Positions 19,569 through 28,659 of a stretch of DNA of 64,000 nucleotides are shown piece by piece (the stretch's first letter is position 1; the number at the start of each line of letters is the position of its first letter). Below the pieces are notes generated by a model, which had not been told where the DNA came from, did no database searches, and saw nothing but the letters and a program-made list of their open reading frames with translations. The position numbers and the translations under genes are program-made. The stretch is from Candidatus Latescibacterota bacterium. Its GTDB lineage: Bacteria > Latescibacterota > UBA2968 > UBA8231. The stretch spans positions 960,001-1,024,000 of the forward strand of contig CBDCSU010000006.1 of NCBI GenBank assembly GCA_965221775.1, given 5' to 3'.

Positions 19569-21535
19569 AGCGCCGTCAGCGCCTTCAGCACCCGGACCCG
19601 CGCCTCGTCGGCCAGGGTGCGGTCCACGCTCTCGTCCAGCCATTGGGTGCGGCGTGAGAACGCGGCATCGGAGACACTCGTCGGCAGGCTCTCCAGCAAC
19701 CGGCGAGCCTCCTCCACTTCCGGACCCGTCGGCCCCCGCGCCGACGCCTCCCGGACCGCGCGGTCCAGCATGGCGAAGTACTCGTAGTCCTCCACCCCTT
19801 CCCGCTGGGCCTCCAGGTGCTTGCCGGCCGTCACCGAGTCCTCGGAGAGAAACATGGGCGCGTACGAGTTCCGCTCGGCCACGTATTCGTTCCAGGAGGA
19901 GGAACCGCCCGTATCGGTGAGCGACCAGAAGTGCATCCCCGTGGCCCCGTAGCGCCAGCACCACCACGCCGCGAGCCGGTAGTAGGCGTACGGATCGAGC
20001 AGCCGCGTCGGCCCGTCCGCATTGTAGAACTCCAGCACCGTCCCCTGGTCGCGCTTCTCCAGGAAGTAGTCCCGATACTCCCGGGCCGCGTCATCGGGCC
20101 GTATGGGGGCGGAGCTGTTCAGGAAGATCTTGATGTGCGGGCACAACACGTGGCAGGCATCGATCATCGCCTGCAGGGCCTGGCTCATGTCCCGGTGGTT
20201 CACGTCCTCCCAGATGCGGACCCCCGTATCCGCTTCCCGGATCGCCTTCGCCCACGCCAGGATGATGGGGTCCCGATCCGGATCCTCGTCAGGCTCATCC
20301 ACCAGGAGCAGGGTCAACTGTTCCGGCCTCAGCCCCTTCTTCACCGCGTGCCCGACCCAGAACGCGGCCCATGCCTTCACGGCCGTCGCGAATTCCGGCG
20401 TGTCCATGTCCCATGAGCTCTCCCCCTCACCTGCAAAGACGAAACGACGGCCTACCTTGGCGAAGACGAGGTACTGGGCCGCGTCCGGCCACATCTCGAG
20501 CCAGGCATCGAACTTGGCCGTCTCCGGGGGCACCGTCATCATCCCCTGCTCGTCATAGGCGCCCCGCACGTCCGGGTAGTACGGATTGATCAGCCGGGGC
20601 GACCCCCACGGCGAGTCCACGAGACGTTCGCGCAGGTGCCGGATGATCAGCGGCCGGTTCTGCCGGGTCACGGCCTGGTATTCGCCGAGCTCGTCCGTGT
20701 AGTCCCATCCGCCCAGGTTCAGCGACTGCCTCTCCGGGAACTCCAGGGGATACAGGTGCATGCGCAGCGGAATCCTGCCGCCGGGCCCGGACTCCACGAC
20801 GACCTCGCCCTCATGGACTCCCGCCTCCACGTCCACCGGATGGAAGGTGAGCCACACCTGACGGGTCATGCCGGAGGGCACGGTCACCGCGTACAGGCCG
20901 TCCTCGGCAGCGACCTCGGGCAGGGCCGCCGCCACCGGCACCCCGCCCCGGGTGTCCGTCCAGGCCACCTCGTGAACCGTCACATACGTCGGATTGTCGC
21001 CGCCGGGGAGGCCGCTCAGGCGGAAGGTCACCTGCGCCGGCCCGTCGCCGCTGTTGCTCACGTTGAAGGCCGCCGCCCGGTGCTCCCTGCGCATGAGGTG
21101 TACCTCGACCGCCGGTTCCCCCGTCGTGTCCGGCAGACCGATGTAGGGAAGGGGATCCCACAGGTTCGAAGACCAGAAGGCCAGCGGCTCCAGGCCGCTG
21201 GCGCGCCACAGCCGCGCCTGCGTGCGCAACACCCGCTCGTGCCACGGGTTCAGCGGCAGCACGGCCCGGAAGTCATCCCCGAAGGTTGTGCAGGCCTGCC
21301 CCAGCTCCCCTTCCACGGCTGCCAGCTCGGCCAGCACGCCGCGGCGCGTCGGCGCCGGTACCCCCTCTTCTTCCGCGGCCTTCCTGAGGGCCTCGATGTC
21401 CCGCACAAGGCGCGTCCGGATCCCTTCCTGGATGGCGGTCCTGGCCTTCTCGTCCAGTCGGTCCGCCGGGACCGCCGCCTGCGCCCACGGCAGTCCTGCC
21501 ATCAGCATCGCCGCCGCTGCCGATGTCCATCCCAT
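19565..21535 (-). CDS. Secreted DUF4091/GH123-like protein (short paralog)
   Basis: Signal peptide; LLVDEP; KHLEAQREGVEDYEYF C-terminal motif; near-identical tracts shared with 21539..24154. Confidence 0.7.
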   Translation of the reverse strand: MGWTSAAAAMLMAGLPWAQAAVPADRLDEKARTAIQEGIRTRLVRDIEALRKAAEEEGVPAPTRRGVLAELAAVEGELGQACTTFGDDFRAVLPLNPWHERVLRTQARLWRASGLEPLAFWSSNLWDPLPYIGLPDTTGEPAVEVHLMRREHRAAAFNVSNSGDGPAQVTFRLSGLPGGDNPTYVTVHEVAWTDTRGGVPVAAALPEVAAEDGLYAVTVPSGMTRQVWLTFHPVDVEAGVHEGEVVVESGPGGRIPLRMHLYPLEFPERQSLNLGGWDYTDELGEYQAVTRQNRPLIIRHLRERLVDSPWGSPRLINPYYPDVRGAYDEQGMMTVPPETAKFDAWLEMWPDAAQYLVFAKVGRRFVFAGEGESSWDMDTPEFATAVKAWAAFWVGHAVKKGLRPEQLTLLLVDEPDEDPDRDPIILAWAKAIREADTGVRIWEDVNHRDMSQALQAMIDACHVLCPHIKIFLNSSAPIRPDDAAREYRDYFLEKRDQGTVLEFYNADGPTRLLDPYAYYRLAAWWCWRYGATGMHFWSLTDTGGSSSWNEYVAERNSYAPMFLSEDSVTAGKHLEAQREGVEDYEYFAMLDRAVREASARGPTGPEVEEARRLLESLPTSVSDAAFSRRTQWLDESVDRTLADEARVRVLKALTAL

Positions 21536-21538
21536 GGA

Positions 21539-24154
21539 CTACTCACCGGCCAGCGCCGTCAGCGCCGCCAGCACCTGGACCCGCGCCTTGTCCGCCAGGG
21601 TGCGGTCGACTTCCTCGTTGAACCAGTGGAACCCGTTCAGGGGCTGGCTGGCGTCGACCTCGCCCCCGTGGCCCGCCGCATCGCAGACACTCGCCGGCAG
21701 ACTCTCCAGCAGGCGGCGGGCCTCCTCCACCTCCGGACCCGTCCTCCCCCGGGCGGACGCCTTCCGGAGCGCCCGGTCCAGCATGGCGAAGTACTCGTAG
21801 TCCTGGACGCCTTCCCGCGTCGCCTCGAGGTGCTTGCCGGCGGTCACCGAGTCCTCGTCGATGAAGATCGGCGAGTACGCATCCTTGAAGGTGAGATACT
21901 CGTTCCACGATGACGCTCCGCCCGTGTCGGTGAGGGACCACATGTAGAACGCCGACGCCCCGAAGCGCCAGCTGGTCCACGCCGTGAGCCGGCTGGCGTA
22001 CGGATCCCAGATCCGGCTCGTCCACGCCGCGTAGAACTCCAGCCCGATCCCCTGGTCCCGCTTGTTCACGAAGTAGTCGCGGTACTCCTGGCCCTGGGTC
22101 AGGAAGCTGACGTAGTTCGGGCTCAGAACGTGGCACGCGTCGATCATCTCCTGGTCCGCCTCGTCCATGTCCCGGTGGGTGACATCCTCCCAGATGCGGA
22201 CTCCCGTGTCGGCCTCGCGGATGGGCCTCGCCCACGCCAGGATGCGCTCGTCCTGCCACGGCTCGTCCGGCTCATCCACCAGGAGCAGCCCGAACTGTTC
22301 CGGCCGCAATCCACTCGCCTTCATGTGCTCCGCCCAGAACGTGACCCACGCCTTCACCGCCGTGTTGAACTCCGGCGTGCCCATGGGCAACGACTCGAAG
22401 TGCCTTCCCACCTTCGCGAAGACGAGGTACTGGGCCGCGTCCGGCCACAAGTCGATCCAGGCATCGAAGTAGTCGGTGGAGGGCGGCGCCGTCATCGCCC
22501 CCCGCGCGTCGTGGGTGCCCCGTGGCAGGGCGAGCTTGAGGGCCCACGGCGAGTCGACGCGGTGCTCGCGCAGGTGGTCGATGATCCCCTGCCGGTTCTG
22601 CGCCGTCAGAAGGGGGAAGTGGCCGATCCGGTCCGTGTAGTCCCACCCCCCCATGTGCAGCGACTGCTCTTCGGGGAAGTCGAGGGGATACAGGTGCATG
22701 CGCAGCGGAAACCGCCGGCCCTCGCCGGACTCCACCACGACCTCGCCCTCGTGGGCGCCCGCCTCCACGTCCACGGGATGGAAGGTGAGCCACACCTGGC
22801 GGGTCATGCCCGAGGGCACGGAGACCGTGTACAGGCCGTCCCCGCCCGGGGCCACCTCGGGCAGGGCCGCCGCCACCGGGTCCCCTCTCCGGGTATCGGT
22901 CCAGGCGACTTCGTGAACGGTGACGTACTCGGGATTGCCGCCCCCGGGCAGACCCTCCAGGCGGAAGGCCACCTCCGCCGACTCGTCACCGCTGTTGCTC
23001 ACGTTGAACGCCGCCGCGCGGTACTCCCCGCGCATCAGGTGAACCTCGACGGCGGGCTCCGACGACGTGTCGGGGGTACCGACGAGGGGCACCGGGTCCC
23101 ACAGGTTCGGAGACCAGAACGTGAGCGGCTCCAGTCCCCGGGCGCGCCACAGCCGCGCCTGCGTGCGAAGGACCCGCTCGTGCCAGGGATTCAGGGGCAG
23201 CACCGCCCGGAAGTCGTCCCCGAAGGCCATGGCCGGCCCCAGTTCCCCTTCGACCGCCGCCAGCTCGGCCAGCACGTCACTCCGCGTCGGCGCCGGCACA
23301 CCCTCTTCCTCCGCCGCCGCTCTCAGGGCCTCGATGTCGCGCACGAGGCGCGTCCGGATCCCCTTCTGGATGGCGAGCCCGCCGGCGTAGACCTGGACAT
23401 CGGGGATGGCCGGCCCCGGCAGCGGCTCCTTCAGCCACTCCGGCTCTCCCGCCCAGACCTCGATCTCGTCGACGAAGGTGTACGGCTCGTTCCACACGAC
23501 CAGGCTGACATAGCGGCCGTGGGTCCGCAACCGGTCGGTGCGGTACCGGTACGTCCCGTACTGGGAAGCGCGCATCTCGTTGAGATCGCGGATGATCCTC
23601 TCGCGCAGCTCGGGGGTGAGCTTCTTCCCCGGGTAGCGCTCCCGGTCGCGGTCCCAGTAGTGATGTATCTCCGCGTTGGAGAACTGCATGCCCTCCCGGG
23701 CCCATATGGCGTCGCTCGCCCTCTCCGGCACGAGGGGGCCGTGTTGTTGCTCGCTCAGCTCCACCAAGTCGCCGATCTCGTGGAACACCCCGTCCTCACC
23801 CGCCACGAGGATGCGGATCATCAGCGGCCACGTCACGTCGGCGAAGCCGCCCGCCGTGCTGAAGGAGACCCCGCGTATCGGCTTCACCGCCCCCAGGTCC
23901 AGCGTGAAGACCGAGGGCGTCTTCTCCTGCCACCCCACCGTCGACAGCTCCGCCCAGAAGTAGCCGTCCGTGTACATCCCGTCGGTCAGCTGCTCGCTGT
24001 CGCCGGCCTCCGTGCAGAGCCCGTAGTTCGGCCCCGGGGACAGCGTGTAGCTCGCCCCGAGGGCGATGTTCTCGCTCGGACGGTCCGCGGGGTCCGCCGC
24101 GGACGGCTGGGCAAGGGCCGCCATCAACGCCACCGCTGTCAATGCTCGTTGCAT
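21539..24154 (-). CDS. Secreted DUF4091/GH123-like protein with N-terminal discoidin/F5/8-like domain
   Basis: ATG 24154 MQRALTAVALMAALAQPSAA; NIALGASY, QLTDG, TLDLG, FVDEIEVW; REGVQDYEYF. Confidence 0.7.
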   Translation of the reverse strand: MQRALTAVALMAALAQPSAADPADRPSENIALGASYTLSPGPNYGLCTEAGDSEQLTDGMYTDGYFWAELSTVGWQEKTPSVFTLDLGAVKPIRGVSFSTAGGFADVTWPLMIRILVAGEDGVFHEIGDLVELSEQQHGPLVPERASDAIWAREGMQFSNAEIHHYWDRDRERYPGKKLTPELRERIIRDLNEMRASQYGTYRYRTDRLRTHGRYVSLVVWNEPYTFVDEIEVWAGEPEWLKEPLPGPAIPDVQVYAGGLAIQKGIRTRLVRDIEALRAAAEEEGVPAPTRSDVLAELAAVEGELGPAMAFGDDFRAVLPLNPWHERVLRTQARLWRARGLEPLTFWSPNLWDPVPLVGTPDTSSEPAVEVHLMRGEYRAAAFNVSNSGDESAEVAFRLEGLPGGGNPEYVTVHEVAWTDTRRGDPVAAALPEVAPGGDGLYTVSVPSGMTRQVWLTFHPVDVEAGAHEGEVVVESGEGRRFPLRMHLYPLDFPEEQSLHMGGWDYTDRIGHFPLLTAQNRQGIIDHLREHRVDSPWALKLALPRGTHDARGAMTAPPSTDYFDAWIDLWPDAAQYLVFAKVGRHFESLPMGTPEFNTAVKAWVTFWAEHMKASGLRPEQFGLLLVDEPDEPWQDERILAWARPIREADTGVRIWEDVTHRDMDEADQEMIDACHVLSPNYVSFLTQGQEYRDYFVNKRDQGIGLEFYAAWTSRIWDPYASRLTAWTSWRFGASAFYMWSLTDTGGASSWNEYLTFKDAYSPIFIDEDSVTAGKHLEATREGVQDYEYFAMLDRALRKASARGRTGPEVEEARRLLESLPASVCDAAGHGGEVDASQPLNGFHWFNEEVDRTLADKARVQVLAALTALAGE

Positions 24155-24250
24155 CCTGTCCCTCGCTTTCGAGTGGCCTCGGATAACCTCGAATCGACTC
24201 AATACTAAGGAATGGGGCCCCGGCTCCGGCTACCCCTCCACGGCCCGCGA

Positions 24251-25660
24251 TCAACCCCCCAGGGACGCGAGCCAGTCCCGGAGAAAGACCGCCGACCGCG
24301 GGATGAGCCCGTCGAGGGAGAAATAGGAGTGCCCGCCCCCGGGGTAGATGAAGGCCTCGAAGCCGGGCGGCGTCCGCCCCAGGGCGTCCATGGTCCCGAT
24401 GAGGGACTCGGCCTGGCTCACGGAGACGACGTCGTCGTCGGTGCCGTGGTGAAGCTGCACGGGAGGCAGGTATTCGGCGAAGAGCACGGCCGACCTGCGG
24501 GTCAGCTCCAGGCGCGCCTCCGGGAGGGGCACCTCGCCGCGGACGAAGGGCGTGATGACGGTGGAGTCGAGGTGGGCCACCGACGGCAGGTCCCGGGGGC
24601 TCCCCAGGGCGGCATCACGCGCGATCCCGCGAACCCAGCCGTCGAAGAAGTCGGTGGGGCCGAAGACGGCGACGATGCGCTCGATGCGCTGGTCGCGGAT
24701 CCCGGCCAGCAGCGCCACCCCCGCCCCCCGGCTGGCGCCGACGACGGCCATCCCGCCGGGGCGGGCCTCCGGCGTCGACTCGAGGACGGCGTTGACCAGC
24801 GCCAGGGTGTCGTCCACGTCGTGGTCCCACGGGCTCGCCGGGCCCTCGGAGACCCGGCTCTCGCCGCCGTGAATCAGCGGCTCGGCCCGGAAGGAGGGGA
24901 TCACGTAGACGAAGCGCTCCACCAGCGGGCCGAGGGCGAAGGCGACGATCTGGATGTCGTCCACCGACACGCCGCTGTCGCCGCCGTGCAGGTAGAGCAG
25001 CAGGGGCAGGCTCCCGGCGGCGGCCCCTTCGGGCACGAGGACGGCGCCGTAGTGCAGGACCCCGTCCACCCGGTGGGAGAGGATCCGCAGGGCGCACGCC
25101 CGGCCGGCCAGGGAGTACCCCTCCTGGTGTTCCACCGCCACCCCGCGGGCCGAGACGTCGCGGGCGGCCCAGTCGGAGCGGACGGCCTCCACCTCCGCCG
25201 CCGAAGCGGGCGCGAAGAGGGCGTCCAGCTCGCCGTCGAGATCGACGGCCTCGGCGGCCACCGAGACGACGGTGTCGGCCGCCGAGACCCGGAGGCTCTG
25301 CACGCCGACGCCGGCGCCGAGGGTCCAGGTGGAGGCCGCCCTCCCGTCGGCGCCGGTGGCGGCCGAGGTCGGGTCCGCCTCGCCGTGGCCGGCGGCGGGG
25401 GCGAAGGCGACGCTCACGCCGGGGACGGGCCGGCCCCGGGCGTCGACCACCTGCACGACCACCGCGGCCGCCAGGGAGCGGCCCGGCAGGGCGCGCTGGC
25501 CGAGGCCGGAGACTACCTCCATCGACGCCGGCTGCGAGCCGGGGCCCGTTGGGCCGCCGGACCCGCCGCAGCCGGTCATGGCGGCGAGCAGGAGGAGCCC
25601 AAACCGGCCGCCCAGGTATGGGAGATGTCGCGGTTGGCTGCTTATACTCGTATCTCTCAA
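24251..25660 (-). CDS. Lipoprotein with Big-1-like Ig domain and alpha/beta hydrolase (S9-like) domain; start uncertain
   Basis: LLLLAAMTGC lipobox; VVVQVVDARGRPVPG Ig-like stretch; LYLHGG, GASRG nucleophile elbow, HHGTDDDVV, YPGGGH. Confidence 0.75.
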   Translation of the reverse strand: MRDTSISSQPRHLPYLGGRFGLLLLAAMTGCGGSGGPTGPGSQPASMEVVSGLGQRALPGRSLAAAVVVQVVDARGRPVPGVSVAFAPAAGHGEADPTSAATGADGRAASTWTLGAGVGVQSLRVSAADTVVSVAAEAVDLDGELDALFAPASAAEVEAVRSDWAARDVSARGVAVEHQEGYSLAGRACALRILSHRVDGVLHYGAVLVPEGAAAGSLPLLLYLHGGDSGVSVDDIQIVAFALGPLVERFVYVIPSFRAEPLIHGGESRVSEGPASPWDHDVDDTLALVNAVLESTPEARPGGMAVVGASRGAGVALLAGIRDQRIERIVAVFGPTDFFDGWVRGIARDAALGSPRDLPSVAHLDSTVITPFVRGEVPLPEARLELTRRSAVLFAEYLPPVQLHHGTDDDVVSVSQAESLIGTMDALGRTPPGFEAFIYPGGGHSYFSLDGLIPRSAVFLRDWLASLGG

Positions 25661-25672
25661 CTGGAGAGCCTC

Positions 25673-25846
25673 ATGACCACGATCACAAAGCTTGAGCCGA
25701 CGCGGTGGCCTCCCGGGTTCTGGGGCGCCTTCGCCCCGGATCCCGACTTCGGGATGCCGTCCCCGCTTCCGTCCTCGGCCGTCGATCTGGATGACCCCGA
25801 TGCCCCCGGCCCGGGTCCCGGACCGAGCGCAGAGGACTGGAGCTGA
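25673..25846 (+). pseudogene. 57-aa ORF resembling an internally deleted VapB/AbrB-type antitoxin
   Basis: TATACT -10 at 25643-25648, RBS GGAGAG, MTTITKLEPTRWPPGFWGAFAPDPDFGMPSPLPSSAVDLDD...; no toxin gene follows. Confidence 0.4.
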
Positions 25847-25880
25847 TCCGGGCGGCGCGCTGCACCGCCCTCTCATTCTC

Positions 25881-27269
25881 ATGCTGCCGTCCCTGATCCG
25901 CAAGGAGATCGTCCTCGGCGTCCTCAGCCTGCGCTTCGCCGTGACCTTCGTCCTGTTCTTCGTGCTCACGCTGGTGAGCGTCTTCACCATGACCCGCGGC
26001 TACGAGCGGGCCCTGCGGCTGCACGAGGTCGGCGCCGCCCGCCACCACGAGCAGGTCCGCGGAGTCCAGGAAGCCGAGGAGCCCGACGAGGCCCTCCACG
26101 ACATCCTCTTCGGCGGCGACGGGTTCTACGGCGACCGCGCGCCCCGGCCCATGGGCGTCTTCGTCAAGGGCCTGGAGGACCGCCTGCCGACGCAGGTCAA
26201 CGTCAGCCTGTGGCATGTCCGCCCCGTCGACGACGACCGCTACCGCAACCCCCTCTTCCGGCTCTTCGCCTCACCCGACTACGCCTACATCGCCAACATC
26301 GTCATCTCGCTGCTGGCCCTGCTCTTCGTCTTCGACGCCGTCTGCGGCGAGAAGGAACGGGGCACCCTGAAGATCCTGCTGGCCAACCGCGTGCCCCGCG
26401 ACCTGGTGCTGCTGGGCAAGTGGATCGGCGGCTACCTGTCCCTCGCGGTGCCGCTGGCGGCGGCCCTCTTCGCCTCCCTCACCTACGTGGTACTCACCGG
26501 CGCCGTGCGCGTGGACGCCGACTTCCTGTCGCGGTTCCTGTGGATCGCCGGGGTCTCCCTGCTCTACGTCTCCGTGTTCTTCGGCCTGGGCATGCTCATC
26601 TCCACCCTGACCCACAAGGCGTCGACGGCGCTCCTCGTCTCCCTCTTCGTGTGGATCTGCTGGATCCTCGTCATCCCCAACCTGGCCCCGGTGGCGGCGC
26701 GCCTGGCGGTGCCGGTGCCGACGCGGCAGAAGATCGAGGCCGAGAAGGAGGCCGTGGACCGGGAGACGCAGATCGGCGTGCAGCGGGTCAACCGCAACAT
26801 GCTCGGCTACGGCCGCAAGGCCGAGGAGATGGTCGAGGAGATCGAGAAGCAGGGGGACGCGCGCAAGGACCGGATCGATCAGTACTACCATGGCCGCCTG
26901 CGCCGCCAGGTCGACCTGAGCCGCAACCTGTCGCGGGCCTCGCCCTCGGCCAGCTTCGTGCTCGCCGCCAGCGACCTGGCCGGCACCGGGGTGGATCTCT
27001 TCACCGCCTTCAACACCGCTGTCCGGCGCTACGGCGAGGAGTTCTCCGAGCACTGGTGGGAGTGGGACGAGGAGTACCACGAGAACGACGAGGAGATGCC
27101 CGACGACGCCTGGCTCGAGGTCGACGAATGGCCGGCGCTGCGGGTGGAGCAGGCGCGCCTCGACGACGTGGTCGACGCCGTCCTCCTCGACGTGCTGCTG
27201 CTGGTCGTCTTCAACGTCCTGTTCTTCCTGCTCTCCTACCTGTTCTTCCTGCGCTACGACGTGACCTGA
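25881..27269 (+). CDS. ABC-2-type transporter permease subunit
   Basis: MLPSLIRKE, FDAVCGEKERGTLKILLAN..R..VLLGKW, ends FLRYDVT. Confidence 0.85.
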   Translation: MLPSLIRKEIVLGVLSLRFAVTFVLFFVLTLVSVFTMTRGYERALRLHEVGAARHHEQVRGVQEAEEPDEALHDILFGGDGFYGDRAPRPMGVFVKGLEDRLPTQVNVSLWHVRPVDDDRYRNPLFRLFASPDYAYIANIVISLLALLFVFDAVCGEKERGTLKILLANRVPRDLVLLGKWIGGYLSLAVPLAAALFASLTYVVLTGAVRVDADFLSRFLWIAGVSLLYVSVFFGLGMLISTLTHKASTALLVSLFVWICWILVIPNLAPVAARLAVPVPTRQKIEAEKEAVDRETQIGVQRVNRNMLGYGRKAEEMVEEIEKQGDARKDRIDQYYHGRLRRQVDLSRNLSRASPSASFVLAASDLAGTGVDLFTAFNTAVRRYGEEFSEHWWEWDEEYHENDEEMPDDAWLEVDEWPALRVEQARLDDVVDAVLLDVLLLVVFNVLFFLLSYLFFLRYDVT

Positions 27270-27276
27270 GGCCGCC

Positions 27277-28659
27277 GTGCTCGCCCACCTGATCCGCAAG
27301 GAGCTGCTGGAGCAGCTGTTGAGCCTGCGCTTCGCCATGGCCTGCATCATCTGCCTGATCATCACCCTGTCCAGCGCCGTGGTGCTGACCCGCGACTACA
27401 GGGAGGCCCTGGCCGACTACCGCACCAACGTGGTCCTCCACAAGAACGAGCTGGAGGACAGCGGCGACATCTGGGACGACGGCGTCGTCATCGACAAGCC
27501 GCTGAACCCGATGCAGATCTTCGTGCGCGGCGTCGACCCGAGGCTGGTGGTCTCGGCCCGGGTCACCCACGGGCAGCAGCCGATCTTCGAGGCGGAGCAG
27601 GAGGTCAACCCGGTCTCGTACCTCTTCCCGCCCGGTGACCTGCTGTTCTTCATCGGCGTGGTCATGAGCCTGCTGGCCCTCGCCTTCGGCTACGACGCGG
27701 TCTCGGGCGAGAAGGAGTCGGGCACGCTGAAGCTGCTCATGTCGTACTCGGCGCCCCGGGACCTGGTGCTGCTGGCCAAGTGGGTCGGCGGCTACCTCGC
27801 CCTGGCGGCGCCCTTCCTGCTGGCCGTGACCGCCGCCCTGGTGGTGGTCATGGTCATGCCCGGCGTCGAGCTGGGCGAGCAGGAATGGGGGGCCCTGGTG
27901 CTCCTCATCGCCGTGGGCCTGCTCTACCTGGCCGCGGTGTACGGCATGGGGATCTTCGTCTCCGCCCGCACCCACCTGGCCTCGACGTCGATCACCGTCC
28001 TGCTCATGGTCTGGGTGCTGATGGTCCTGGTGGTCCCCAACCTGGCGCCCTACCTGGCGGCCGAGGCCGTGCCCCTGCGCAACTTCATGGAGGTGGAGGA
28101 GGAGAAGGCGGCCGCCTCCGAGACGGCGTCGGAGGCGTTCGAGCAGGAGCTGGACGAGTTCACCGCCAACAACCCGGAGGTCGAGCGCTGGGGCGACGAC
28201 GGCCGCTGGGGCGCCATGTGGAACCTGCGCTATCAGAAGCTGGCCCTGCAGCGGATCGACGACGAGGGCCGGATCGAGGGCCGCTACGCCAACGAGCTGG
28301 CCGCCCAGGTGGCCGTGGCCCGCCACCTGTCGCGGCTCTCCCCGTTCTCCTCCTTCGCCTACGCCGCCACCGAGCTGGCCGGGGCCGGACTCACCGAGGA
28401 CCGCCGCTTCCGCGGCAGCCTGCCCGAGTACCGCCGCCGCCTGACGGTGTACGTCACCGAGCTCTACAGCCGCGCCTGGGCCGAGCAGACCATCGACGAG
28501 CCCCAGGACCTCAGCGGCCGTCCCCTCTGGCTCTACGGGCGCGCCCCCGTCGGCGAACGCCTGGCCGCGGTCCTGCCCGACGTGATGCTGCTGGCCGCGT
28601 GGACCGTCCTGTTCTTCATGGCCGCCTACCTCTCCTTCCTGCGCTACGACGTCAAGTGA
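27277..28659 (+). CDS. ABC-2-type transporter permease subunit
   Basis: MLAHLIRKE, YDAVSGEKESGTLKLL, ends FLRYDVK; paralog of the preceding gene. Confidence 0.85.
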   Translation: MLAHLIRKELLEQLLSLRFAMACIICLIITLSSAVVLTRDYREALADYRTNVVLHKNELEDSGDIWDDGVVIDKPLNPMQIFVRGVDPRLVVSARVTHGQQPIFEAEQEVNPVSYLFPPGDLLFFIGVVMSLLALAFGYDAVSGEKESGTLKLLMSYSAPRDLVLLAKWVGGYLALAAPFLLAVTAALVVVMVMPGVELGEQEWGALVLLIAVGLLYLAAVYGMGIFVSARTHLASTSITVLLMVWVLMVLVVPNLAPYLAAEAVPLRNFMEVEEEKAAASETASEAFEQELDEFTANNPEVERWGDDGRWGAMWNLRYQKLALQRIDDEGRIEGRYANELAAQVAVARHLSRLSPFSSFAYAATELAGAGLTEDRRFRGSLPEYRRRLTVYVTELYSRAWAEQTIDEPQDLSGRPLWLYGRAPVGERLAAVLPDVMLLAAWTVLFFMAAYLSFLRYDVK

